Positions 31,521 to 40,898 of a DNA stretch of 64,000 bases are shown here, in pieces. Numbering within the stretch: position 1 is the first letter of the stretch; every line of letters begins with the position of its first letter. This DNA is from an uncultured delta proteobacterium. Its GTDB lineage: Bacteria; Desulfobacterota; WTBG01; CAIYCZ01; CAIRTM01. The notes below the pieces were generated by a model, which was given only the letters and a program-made list of their open reading frames with translations, did not search any database and was not told the origin of the DNA. The translations under genes and the position numbers were made by a program. The stretch lies in assembly GCA_963804955.1 (NCBI GenBank), contig CAWDSQ010000005.1:96001-160000 (forward strand), given 5' to 3'.

Positions 31521-31814
31521 CTAAATAGTGCAGACTGTATAAAGGTCTGAAAACGGAACCCCTCTCCGGTTGCATGTCTGCCTGCGGTTTATACCGGCGG
31601 GCAGGAGGATCTTGAACAGCAGCAGCGACAGTGCAATCAGACCGGCAAACAGCATTCTAAAAATCGAGCGGATGGCTGTGAAGCTTTGCTCTCTTTCCTC
31701 TGCGGTTGCGTCTAAAACCGAATCTGCAATGATTCGCGCAAGCGGCCCCGCAAGAAAAAATCCGCCCAAAAGTATGATTTCAATCAGATAGCGCTCAATA
31801 CTATCGGGTATCAT
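31521..31814 (-). CDS. small hypothetical membrane protein
   Basis: 97 aa with two hydrophobic segments, directly downstream of the GH94 gene. Confidence 0.4.
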   Translation of the reverse strand: MIPDSIERYLIEIILLGGFFLAGPLARIIADSVLDATAEEREQSFTAIRSIFRMLFAGLIALSLLLFKILLPAGINRRQTCNRRGVPFSDLYTVCTI

Positions 31815-31841
31815 ATATCACATGAGTCCGGCTCGCATTTT

Positions 31842-34800
31842 TCACCCAAGCTGCACTGTGAGCCGGTTGGCAGTTCCGGTCAGGTGCTCACGCACCGCAG
31901 CCATATCGATTTGTGCCGCACCGGTGCGGTAGGGGTTGGCGGCCCGCGTACAGGGCAGGTCTACACCGTTGAGGCTCACCCCTGTAGGGCCCCAGCCGTT
32001 TTTTTCGATGCGATAGGTTATGTCAAACTGTTTGCCTGCCAGCTGCAGCCCGACATGCAGGCCGTCTAGAGCTTTGGGGATAACCGGATCAATGACCAGC
32101 CGTGATGTTTCCCAGCGCAAGCCCAAAAAGTTTTGTATGATCAGCCGCACGCAGATGCCCGCGCCGCTTGAATAGACGCGCCAGCCGCCTTCCAACGGAA
32201 CCTCGCCCCCTTTTACCTTTTCATAATGCTCAAATGCCTCGTAGCGGTCGGCGAAGGCAGGGTCGGAGCTTGAGTAGTAGCAGTTGGCCTGGCGCAGCGC
32301 TGCCGGCGGCACCATGCCGCTGATGGCAATGGGGTTGGCCATGCACAGGGCTTTGAAAAAGCCGTCTGCATCGCCGAAATGCGCGAGCGCTTCAGCATAC
32401 CGCAGGTGGGCATGGGTGTACATGAGACCGTTTTCCCGGCCGAAAAAACTGGTGCTCTCGGCGCGCTGAAAATATGTCTGCGGCCCGCCATGATACTGCA
32501 GTGGGCGGTCGAACAAATGCGCGCCGTCGGGTCCGAGCAAATGCTCTTTGATGATGTCCAGATGGAAGCCTGCCTGCTGCGGCGTGAGTATACCGTTTAT
32601 AATTGCATGTATCATCGGAAGCAGGCTGTAGGAAAGTCCGGTCGTGCGGTCGCGCGGATGAATAAGATACTCGATGCCGCCGCCTTCAGCATTAAAATAG
32701 GCAAATCCGGGGATTGCTTCATCAACTAGCAGCGTGCTCTGGAACTCTTTGCGGATTTCGGCTGCCATGGCCTCAAATTCTGCTGCGCGGTCCCTGCGCC
32801 CCAGCTGATGCAAAGCATCTGCAAGGGAGGTAAAGGTCTGGTAGCTGAGCGTCACGGTCCAGGCGCTGCACAGATGCTCGCGCATGCCGGGCTGCACGGG
32901 CTGAAGCGAGTCGTTCCAGTCGCCGTTGCCATAGGCAGACAGATGCGTTCCGGCAATGACCCTTTTGTGTATCACTGCCAGGGCGCGCTCCACATGCTGC
33001 CGCAGGGTTGCCTGTTCAGCAATTTTGTCGCCCTCGGGATGAAAAAACGGCACAGTCTGGTCAAGAAGCTGCGAGTCTTGCGTAGCTCTGAGATACTGCG
33101 CAAGGGCCAGCACCGGCCAATAGACGATATCGCCGTGGGAATCACCGGGCCGGATGCCTCGCTCACGGTCAAAGAACATGAACCACTGGGGCCAGTCGCC
33201 GTCGGGGTTCTGCTGCTTGAACAGGCGCAGCAGGATATCCCGAACCGGCTCAAAGCGGCCCAGCGACAGCAGCATTTCCACAGGACCCTGAGACACGTCA
33301 CGCGTGCCCCAGCCGCCGCCGGAATACTGCTCAAGGCCGCGCGGGGAGAGATAGTGTATCAGGGCATTATTGATGAACCAGGGAGCTATTTCCCCCAATC
33401 GCTCCGCTGCAGGGGCAAGTGGGCTGTTAGCAGGCGGATCGATGTGAAGTCCGGCAGTAATAGCGCTCCAGAAATTGCTCAGCCCCTGTTGTGCTCCGGC
33501 CGATTCGGCAATCAGGCAGCCGGCTATGCGCAAACCGATGGCTGCCCCCGGAGCGGTAACCATGCAGAGAAACGGCTGGCTGCGGGAGGCGCCGTCGGAA
33601 AACAGCAGTTCATCACCGCCGAATTTCTCGATACATGTGCCCGGGGCTGTTTGTATGCGGAATCCGCCGTCGGGGAAGCGCCGGCCAACATCGCAGTCGG
33701 GCACTGAGCGCACGAATATGGCATCTGCTTCTTTTACATACGAAACCGGACTGGAAATGCTGCCGTCATCGCCGTTCATGGCCACATGAAATGATAGAAA
33801 AAAGCGCACCGGCTTGCCTGCCAGCACTTTTACCGACAGGCTCAGCTCATGGCGGTCCGCAGGACCCGTGCTTCGAACGGCGATCGTACCGCCACCATAT
33901 TTATATATCCAGCGGCAGCTGTCGGGGGCCAATTCATAAGCCGAGGGCATGTCAAGGAGATGCCATCCGTCGTCAAGCTCCACAAAAATACGCAGGCCAT
34001 GGCTGCGGAAAAGCCCCAGATAACTGTGGGTGGTTGAGAGAAACCGGTTGATGCTCACATGGCCCTGCGTCACCATGGAATGAAAGACGCCGGACATCCA
34101 GACCGTGGAGGTAAGGGCTGTCTCATCAGGGGTCAAAGCGTTTCCCGTGCGCAGCAGATGCCCGTGGGGCCGCAGAACCTGCAGCTCTTTGTCCTTGAGG
34201 ACCACATGGCGGTTATCGCCGGTAAAAAACGAAAGAAGCCTGCCGTCTTTACTTTCTGCATGGCGTAGCCCGGTGCCGAAGAGAGAGGCAATGTCCGATG
34301 CATCAAGTTCAAGAGCTGCAAGCAGCTGCGCGGTGCTGAAAAGGCTTGCCGCCTGGCGCACACAGGAGCAAACTGCCGGTGCATGCGGCGGCAGGGCTTC
34401 CGGCAGGGCAAGCGCTGTATCAATAAAAGCAGCATCGGCTGCCGATGTTGCCGATTGTTTATCAGCTTCAAACCAGCCGAAAAAGCCGCGCTGTGCTATG
34501 GCTCCCGGTTCCACTACCATCGGAATATCCTGCATTGCAGCCATTGAATGCTCATGCTGCCGCCGGGCGCCGGCCAGGCCTTCGGTAAGTCCAACGGGTA
34601 TGCGGCCTGCGCGGCTTGCGAGCCCGTAGAACTGAAGAGCATCGGTAGCAAAGCTCACTCCGCAGCCAAGAGAGCCAATAATGCTCCAGGGGCAGCGTCC
34701 GCCCATGGACTGGTTCTGCCGCGACGCAAGCGCAAAACCCTGTTTCAGATGAGTAAGCGGGGTGTGATCGATATAGTGGCTCACATAATATTCATTGAGC

Positions 34801-35216
34801 CGTATAGCGCCGTAATGGGCAAGGCCGAGGTCCTGGGTGTAGATGAGATCGCAGGTCATAGTTTCGGCGCCGGTGTTTTCAAGTCTCACGTGCCAGAACC
34901 AGGCAGGCGCTGACTGAGCAAGCACCAGCCGCAGGTGGAAGCGCAGGTCCAGCCATTCACCGCAGGCGATTAACCCATGATCATCGATCTGAAAAGAGGC
35001 CGGGCTGAGCGGCCCCAGAAGCGGTATAGCCTCCACGGTCTCTCCCCTGCGGCGCAGGTAGATGTTGGCGGGGCCACCCTCCAGCTCGTTGCCGAGGAAA
35101 AGGTTCAGCATGATGTCGCCGCAGTCCATACGCCGGATGGAGCCGTTGGCGTTCACCTCGACCTTCAACCCGGAAGGGCTTTCAATACAAACAGGAAAAT
35201 TTTTCTGAAGGGTCAT
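31842..35216 (-). CDS. GH94 phosphorylase, 1,2-beta-oligoglucan phosphorylase-like
   Basis: 1124 aa; RGLEQYSGGGWGTRDVSQGP, GDWPQWFMFF, SHGDIVYWP, GDWNDSLQP, MYTHAHLRY, YSSSD, GGWRVYSSGAG. Confidence 0.85.
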   Translation of the reverse strand: MTLQKNFPVCIESPSGLKVEVNANGSIRRMDCGDIMLNLFLGNELEGGPANIYLRRRGETVEAIPLLGPLSPASFQIDDHGLIACGEWLDLRFHLRLVLAQSAPAWFWHVRLENTGAETMTCDLIYTQDLGLAHYGAIRLNEYYVSHYIDHTPLTHLKQGFALASRQNQSMGGRCPWSIIGSLGCGVSFATDALQFYGLASRAGRIPVGLTEGLAGARRQHEHSMAAMQDIPMVVEPGAIAQRGFFGWFEADKQSATSAADAAFIDTALALPEALPPHAPAVCSCVRQAASLFSTAQLLAALELDASDIASLFGTGLRHAESKDGRLLSFFTGDNRHVVLKDKELQVLRPHGHLLRTGNALTPDETALTSTVWMSGVFHSMVTQGHVSINRFLSTTHSYLGLFRSHGLRIFVELDDGWHLLDMPSAYELAPDSCRWIYKYGGGTIAVRSTGPADRHELSLSVKVLAGKPVRFFLSFHVAMNGDDGSISSPVSYVKEADAIFVRSVPDCDVGRRFPDGGFRIQTAPGTCIEKFGGDELLFSDGASRSQPFLCMVTAPGAAIGLRIAGCLIAESAGAQQGLSNFWSAITAGLHIDPPANSPLAPAAERLGEIAPWFINNALIHYLSPRGLEQYSGGGWGTRDVSQGPVEMLLSLGRFEPVRDILLRLFKQQNPDGDWPQWFMFFDRERGIRPGDSHGDIVYWPVLALAQYLRATQDSQLLDQTVPFFHPEGDKIAEQATLRQHVERALAVIHKRVIAGTHLSAYGNGDWNDSLQPVQPGMREHLCSAWTVTLSYQTFTSLADALHQLGRRDRAAEFEAMAAEIRKEFQSTLLVDEAIPGFAYFNAEGGGIEYLIHPRDRTTGLSYSLLPMIHAIINGILTPQQAGFHLDIIKEHLLGPDGAHLFDRPLQYHGGPQTYFQRAESTSFFGRENGLMYTHAHLRYAEALAHFGDADGFFKALCMANPIAISGMVPPAALRQANCYYSSSDPAFADRYEAFEHYEKVKGGEVPLEGGWRVYSSGAGICVRLIIQNFLGLRWETSRLVIDPVIPKALDGLHVGLQLAGKQFDITYRIEKNGWGPTGVSLNGVDLPCTRAANPYRTGAAQIDMAAVREHLTGTANRLTVQLG

Positions 35217-35429
35217 GGCATGATTCCTCGGGATGGTTCTTTCAGCCTAATGGTGAGCAATCCCCACCATTTGAAATATTTTTCCCTCAACCAATCTTCA
35301 CATCCAGTCGCAGGAGATAACCCAGTACAGAAGCGGGTTCCTCGCAGACCGGATTTTGATTTTTTCATGGATGCCGCAACTGACGCCTTATCTGATTTCT
35401 CCAGCCAATGGTTGGAGTTATTAATTTAC

Positions 35430-35666
35430 TTATGTCGCCCCGGCAGTTGTCCCCCGGCCCTTTCGTTTTTTTACCGTATATTCGACGTGTGATTCTTGTA
35501 CGCTGAGCTGCTCAGGTGGTACTTTAACGACCTTTCCGTCCTTCCAGATGGTAAGGGGGGCGCCGGTTAGTTTGTGATCCTCAATAACTTTGGCAACAGC
35601 CCGCTTAAAGGCATTTTCAGCGGTCAGGGCGAGCTTTTTTCCTGTAGGATTTGTTTTTTTGATCAT
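35430..35666 (-). CDS. small protein of the type usually paired with a zeta-toxin-like ATPase (putative antitoxin)
   Basis: AFKRAVAKVIEDHKLTGAPLTIWKDGKVVKVPPEQL; no partner gene in the window. Confidence 0.5.
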   Translation of the reverse strand: MIKKTNPTGKKLALTAENAFKRAVAKVIEDHKLTGAPLTIWKDGKVVKVPPEQLSVQESHVEYTVKKRKGRGTTAGAT

Positions 35667-35751
35667 GGTCAACTCTTTCCATTGTTTATCCATTCCGCTG
35701 GACACGCTCCGCTTTGTCCGGCCTACAATTTTGTTCTGTTATTCAAACATA

Positions 35752-35930
35752 TCAGGGCATATTGTCCCATGTGCGGCCCAGCAGCATACGGCCATTGGCT
35801 CGTTTGGCACGTTTCTTACCATCAGCGCCCCAGCCGCCCCATTGCTTGAAGAAAAAGGAAATACCATACAGATCGCAGCGGCTTTTAATGTTTTCAGCCC
35901 ATTCAGGCATCATAGGTCTTGCTTGTGCGG
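35752..35930 (-). pseudogene. C-terminal remnant of a DUF5131 (phage Gp37/Gp68) gene
   Basis: ARPMMPEW..I..C..ISFFFKQWGGWG..ANGRMLLGRTWDNMP; N-terminal part absent. Confidence 0.75.
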
Positions 35931-36225
35931 CCATAAGCAAATAAATTTTATGATTTTTTATCAAATATCAGCTTGCGGCTTTTATGTCAAAACAATGCTG
36001 CATAAACAATAGCAGATGGTTTTGTCAGATAAGGTCGAAAATGGTGTATTTATTGTTTTTCAGCAACCTAAGCGATTCAACAGTAGGGAGGGTTGTCAAC
36101 CGGGTGAAACTGCTGGCCAAGCCCTGCGCATAAATTTTTCTTTCATGATAGGTCGCTTTAAAGTATGAACAATGAATATTGAAATGCTTCCTCATGGGTG
36201 AACTCACTACACAAAGTACAGCCAT

Positions 36226-37581
36226 ATGACCTTCCCGAAAAATTTTATCTGGGGCGCGGCAACATCGGCCTATCAGATCGAAGGCGCGGCAGGCGATGAC
36301 GGCCGGGGCCCCTCGATCTGGGACGAGTTCTGCCGCAGGCCCGGAGCGGTGCGGCAGGGTGCAAGCGGCGCCATTGCCTGCGACCATTATCACCGCTACC
36401 GGCAGGATGTGGCGCTCATGCAGGGGCTGGGGCTTCAGGCATACCGGTTTTCTATTTCATGGCCCCGCGTTCTTCCCTCCGGCATGAGCCGGGTAAATGT
36501 TGCAGGCCTTGATTTTTACGACCGCCTGACCGATTCGCTTCTTGCCGCAGGCATCACGCCGTATGTCACCCTCTATCACTGGGATTATCCGCTGGCGCTG
36601 CACCGGTTCGGCGGGTGGCTGCACCCCGAGAGTTCCGACTGGTTTGCGCGGTATGCCGAAGTCATTGTCGACAGGCTCTCAGACCGCATCAGGCACTGGA
36701 TCACCTTTAATGAGCCGCAGATATTTGTTGGCTTCGGCTATCAGGACGGCAGCCATGCGCCGGGTGAGAGGCTGGAGCTTGCGCAGGTCCTGACGATCGG
36801 CCACAATGTGCTGCTGGCCCATGGCAAGGCTGTGCAGGCAATCCGCAGCCGCGCAAAAGTCAAGCCCTCTCTGGGGTATGCAGTGGCGGTGAGTCCGGTT
36901 GCCGTACCTGCAACAGAAACCAGAGAGGATATATCTGCGGCCCGTGAAGTTTTTTTCGCCGCTGCCCGGCCCTTAAGCATAAACAATTCGTGGTGGACAG
37001 ACCCTGTGGTGCTGGGACGATACCCGCAGGACGGCATCGCGCTTTTTGAAAACGCCCTGCCGCAGATCGGCGTCAACGATTTTGCCACTATCTGCCAGCC
37101 CCTTGATTTCCTCGGCCTCAATGTCTACTTCGGGGAGCACTATCGCGCAGGCGCTCAGGGAGCGCCTGAAGCGGTACCGGCACCGCCCGATCAGGAGCGC
37201 ACGAGCTTCAACTGGCCCGTGGCGCCCGACTCCATCTACTGGGCGTCGAAATTTTACGCAGAGCGCTACGGGCTGCCCATCATCATTTCGGAAAACGGCA
37301 TGGCATGCACTGATGCGGTCAGCCCCGATGGCTCGGTGCACGATGCCCAGCGCATCGATTTTCTCCGTCGCTATCTCAGCCAGCTCAAGCGCGCTATCTC
37401 AGAGGGTGTTGATGTGCGCGGCTATTTTATCTGGTCGCTTCTGGACAATTTTGAATGGGCCGAAGGCTATACCCAGCGGTTCGGTATCGTGCATGTCGAC
37501 TATCCGACGCAGCAGCGGACTCTAAAGGATTCTGCCACATGGTACAAAGAGGTAATTGCTGCAAACGGCGCGACGGTTTAG
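36226..37581 (+). CDS. GH1 beta-glucosidase
   Basis: FIWGAATSAYQIEG, DHYHRY, TLYHWD, TFNEP (acid/base), SENG (nucleophile), WSLLDNFEW. Confidence 0.96.
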   Translation: MTFPKNFIWGAATSAYQIEGAAGDDGRGPSIWDEFCRRPGAVRQGASGAIACDHYHRYRQDVALMQGLGLQAYRFSISWPRVLPSGMSRVNVAGLDFYDRLTDSLLAAGITPYVTLYHWDYPLALHRFGGWLHPESSDWFARYAEVIVDRLSDRIRHWITFNEPQIFVGFGYQDGSHAPGERLELAQVLTIGHNVLLAHGKAVQAIRSRAKVKPSLGYAVAVSPVAVPATETREDISAAREVFFAAARPLSINNSWWTDPVVLGRYPQDGIALFENALPQIGVNDFATICQPLDFLGLNVYFGEHYRAGAQGAPEAVPAPPDQERTSFNWPVAPDSIYWASKFYAERYGLPIIISENGMACTDAVSPDGSVHDAQRIDFLRRYLSQLKRAISEGVDVRGYFIWSLLDNFEWAEGYTQRFGIVHVDYPTQQRTLKDSATWYKEVIAANGATV

Positions 37582-37657
37582 GGGGCAAGGTTTCAGTTTC
37601 GGATTCCGGCTTCTGTCCCCTGCCCACAGACGCCGGCCCCATGGGCAGTTACGCTTA

Positions 37658-37846
37658 TATGAGCTGGCGCGGCAGCTCCTGCAGGTGCGTTCCGATCTTC
37701 CCGTCATCCTGTGCACAGGCTACAGCGACCTGGTAACGGCAGAGTCGGCGCTGGCCGGCTGCATGCAGGCCTTTGTGATCAAGCCCCTGAACCGGCTATC
37801 CATTGCGGAAACTATACGCAAGGCGCTGGATAAAAGCGCAGCATAG
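37658..37846 (+). pseudogene. orphan 3' fragment of a receiver domain, paralogous to the end of kinase 38177-40570
   Basis: [36 protein letters not shown] aligns at DNA level with 40382-40570. Confidence 0.8.
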
Positions 37847-37910
37847 CGGACGGTCATGCCGCTGGATGTCCTACCTTAAACCAACCTGTCGCAAAAAATA
37901 AATAGTGACT

Positions 37911-38046
37911 TAGAGCGTGTATGAAAAGTCATTTAATGTCATCCTGAACGAAGTGAAAGATCCCTGAATTCATTAAAACTACGAGATTCTTCGCTGCGCC
38001 CAGAATGACACAACGAAGGTGCTTTGGCTTTTCGTACAGGCTCTTA
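37911..38046. mobile_element. MITE-like element with an internal REP hairpin
   Basis: Ends tagagcgtgtatgaaaag / cttttcgtacaggctctta are imperfect inverted repeats; core gtcatcctgaacgaagtgaa..ttcttcgctgcgcccagaatgac. Confidence 0.6.
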
Positions 38047-38176
38047 GATGCTGATTTAAAAAATATAGTGTGATGTTTTCCATCCCTGTGGCTTTATTTT
38101 AAGAAAATATATTGTTAATGGTATATTTTTAAAATATAAAGACTCTATACAGACGATATGGCCGAAGATATATTTT

Positions 38177-40570
38177 ATGGAAAACCCCCGGGAAAAACGC
38201 GGCATCTTTTTTGCGAACAACTACCGCACATACCGGTTGAGCATTGCCATTGGCTCGATCCTGCTCTATGTTATGCTTTTTCTCCTTTTTCACTCTGTCT
38301 ATCATTTTACCGCCATGCCTATCTTGTCGGTAATCCCGGTGATTGTTATAGGCTGGCTCTATGGCCCCCTCATCGGTGTCCTCGCCGGCCTGCTCAGCTT
38401 TCCCTTCAATGTGCTCATGTTCACTATCGCCGGTATCAGCCTGGTCAACAACATGCTGGTGACCGGCCCCGGCATTGCAGGCACTATCGGCAACATGCTC
38501 ATCGCGCTGATTGTCGGCCGGTTAAGCGACCTGGGGCAGAGGCTCAGCAAAGAGCTCCGAACCAGGCAGATCATCGAGCAGGAGCTGAAACTGCACCGTG
38601 ACAATCTGGAAAAGCTGGTTAATGATAAGACCCGGGAGTTGCAAAAAGCATACAGGAAGATTGAAGAAGACAAGCTTTTTCTCGAGAATATTTTCAGGGC
38701 CTCTCCCGATGCCATTACTGTTGCCGACGATACAGGAAATATAGTAATGGCAAACGAATCGCTCTACGGAGTGTATGGCTATCATCCCGAAGAAGTCATC
38801 GGGGAGCATGTCTCTGTTTTTGCGCCGGATGATGAGCAGGCGGTGCAACGTTCAATGGGCATGATTGAAAAGCTGTATGAGTCAGGTATCATCCGGGATT
38901 TTGTGAGCAAGCGGAAGCGCAAGGACGGAAGCATTATAGAAATCGAAGCCAGCCATGTGCTGCTGAAAAACCCCGACGGCTCCGTTGCAGGAAGCATTTC
39001 ATCAACCAGGGATATAACCGACAGGATACGGTTTGAGGAGATGCTGCGGCAGTCGCATGATTACCTTGAGAATATTTTCAGGGCCTCTCCCGACGCCATT
39101 ACTGTTGCCGATGCCGATGGCTATATTGTCATGGCAAATGAGTCTGTCCGGGATGTGTATGGCTATGAGCCCGACGAGATAATCGGGCAGCATGGATCTA
39201 TTTTCGCCCCGGATGAGGAGAAGGGGCTGCAGCAATCAATGGATCTGCTTGATGAGCTGTTTAAAAAGGGCATCGTACGGAATGCTCTGATTGAGCGGAG
39301 GCACAAAGACGGGAGAACCCTTCAGGTCGAAGCCAGCCAGGTGCTGCTGAAAAATCCGGACGGCTTCTTTGCAGGAAGTGTTTCATCAACCAGGGATATA
39401 ACCGAGAGAAAGAAATTTGAGGATCAGCTCCGGCAGGCGCAGAAGATGGAGGCAATCGGCACGCTTGCGGGCGGCATCGCCCATGATTTTAACAATATCC
39501 TCGCTGCGATCATGGGATACACGGAACTTTCAAAGGATCTGGCGAAAGGCAACAGCACGCTGGAGAGAAATCTTTCGCAAATATTTAAATCCACCGAAAG
39601 GGCAAAAACCCTTGTGCGTCAAATCCTTGCCTTCAGCCGCAAAACCGACAGCGAGGTTATGCCGCTGCAGCTGCACGTTGTAATCACAGAAGCTCTCAAG
39701 CTGCTGCGGGCTTCGCTGCCTTCGATCATCTCCATAGGCTCAGACATAGACAATACGGACGATGTTGTTGTGGCCGATGCCACAGAGATATATCAGATCG
39801 TCATGAACCTGTGTACCAATGCCGCCTATGCCATGCAGCGCAGCGGCGGGGTCATAGAGGTAATACTCAAGCCCGTTGATCTTGATTGGAATTCCGCCGG
39901 TTACTATACCGGTTTAGCGCCGGGGCCGTATGTGCAGCTGAGCGTGAAGGATACGGGCACGGGCATACCCTCGGATATCATCGACCGCATTTTTGAGCCT
40001 TTTTTTACTACCAAGGAAGTCGGCAGGGGCACGGGCATGGGGCTTGCCATGGTGCACGGCATTGTTAAAAGATACAAAGGAGATATTAAGGTTTACAGCG
40101 AGCCGGGCAGGGGCGCTGTTTTCCATATCCTGCTGCCGCGGGCTGAGGCAGAGAAAGTCCAGGGGCATGTCGCCGGGCGGGAAGCGCCTCAGGGCACTGA
40201 ATCAGTGCTGCTGGTGGATGACGAGGCGGTGCTGCTGGATGTGGGAGAAAAAATATTGAGCTCCCTTGGCTACCGTGTCACGACGACGGGAAGCTCGGTG
40301 GAAGCCCTGGAGTTGTTTAAAAAGAACCCTGCGGGGTTTGATCTTGTTATAACGGACCAGACCATGCCGGGGCTGACGGGCTATGAGCTGGCGCAGCAGC
40401 TCAAGCAGGTGCGTTCCGATATTCCCATCATCCTGTGCACGGGGTACAGCGATCTGGTGACTGCAGAGTCGGCCCTGGCCCTCGGCATCAAGGCTTTTGT
40501 GATCAAGCCCCTGAACCGGCTTGCCCTTGCGGAAACGATCCGCAAGGTTCTGGGCAAGAGCGCAGCATAG
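38177..40570 (+). CDS. membrane hybrid histidine kinase (2 PAS, HisKA, HATPase, receiver)
   Basis: N-terminal TMs; duplicated [18 protein letters not shown] units; AHDFNN, NLCTNA, GTGMGL, LLVDDE. Confidence 0.95.
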   Translation: MENPREKRGIFFANNYRTYRLSIAIGSILLYVMLFLLFHSVYHFTAMPILSVIPVIVIGWLYGPLIGVLAGLLSFPFNVLMFTIAGISLVNNMLVTGPGIAGTIGNMLIALIVGRLSDLGQRLSKELRTRQIIEQELKLHRDNLEKLVNDKTRELQKAYRKIEEDKLFLENIFRASPDAITVADDTGNIVMANESLYGVYGYHPEEVIGEHVSVFAPDDEQAVQRSMGMIEKLYESGIIRDFVSKRKRKDGSIIEIEASHVLLKNPDGSVAGSISSTRDITDRIRFEEMLRQSHDYLENIFRASPDAITVADADGYIVMANESVRDVYGYEPDEIIGQHGSIFAPDEEKGLQQSMDLLDELFKKGIVRNALIERRHKDGRTLQVEASQVLLKNPDGFFAGSVSSTRDITERKKFEDQLRQAQKMEAIGTLAGGIAHDFNNILAAIMGYTELSKDLAKGNSTLERNLSQIFKSTERAKTLVRQILAFSRKTDSEVMPLQLHVVITEALKLLRASLPSIISIGSDIDNTDDVVVADATEIYQIVMNLCTNAAYAMQRSGGVIEVILKPVDLDWNSAGYYTGLAPGPYVQLSVKDTGTGIPSDIIDRIFEPFFTTKEVGRGTGMGLAMVHGIVKRYKGDIKVYSEPGRGAVFHILLPRAEAEKVQGHVAGREAPQGTESVLLVDDEAVLLDVGEKILSSLGYRVTTTGSSVEALELFKKNPAGFDLVITDQTMPGLTGYELAQQLKQVRSDIPIILCTGYSDLVTAESALALGIKAFVIKPLNRLALAETIRKVLGKSAA

Positions 40571-40898
40571 TTGAGGTGGGCATGCTCCCCTTGCTCTGCG
40601 TTCTGTCAAAGCGTTCTTTGTCTATGGAAGAGAACATTTTTCTCTGCCGATATGTTCTCGCAGCAGCAGATTTTTAAAAATTCCGTTATGCCGGCACCTC
40701 ACGGTTTATTGCTGCAAACCGTATGATGCTTTTTTAAAAATGGAGAAGGCGTTTACGGATCATGTTCGGGAGGCCTGGCGTTCTCTGCCGCGCCAGTGTG
40801 CTTTGCAGCAAACCCTTCTTGACGAAGCACGTCAAAAGGATTAAAAATCAGTTTCCGGCATCTTTTTATTTTTTTACGCAGGTACGAGAGCTACAGCC

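Noticed and set aside
31842..35216. Cellobiose phosphorylase or cyclic glucan synthase (NdvB/Cgs)
   Set aside because: Length and the GLEQY..WGTRDV motif fit the SOGP subgroup; there is no glycosyltransferase or membrane domain
40819..40835. FNR/CRP site TTGACG-N5-CGTCAA upstream of the MCP gene
   Set aside because: A real inverted repeat, but sequence and spacing differ from TTGAT-N4-ATCAA and it occurs once, so no regulator can be assigned
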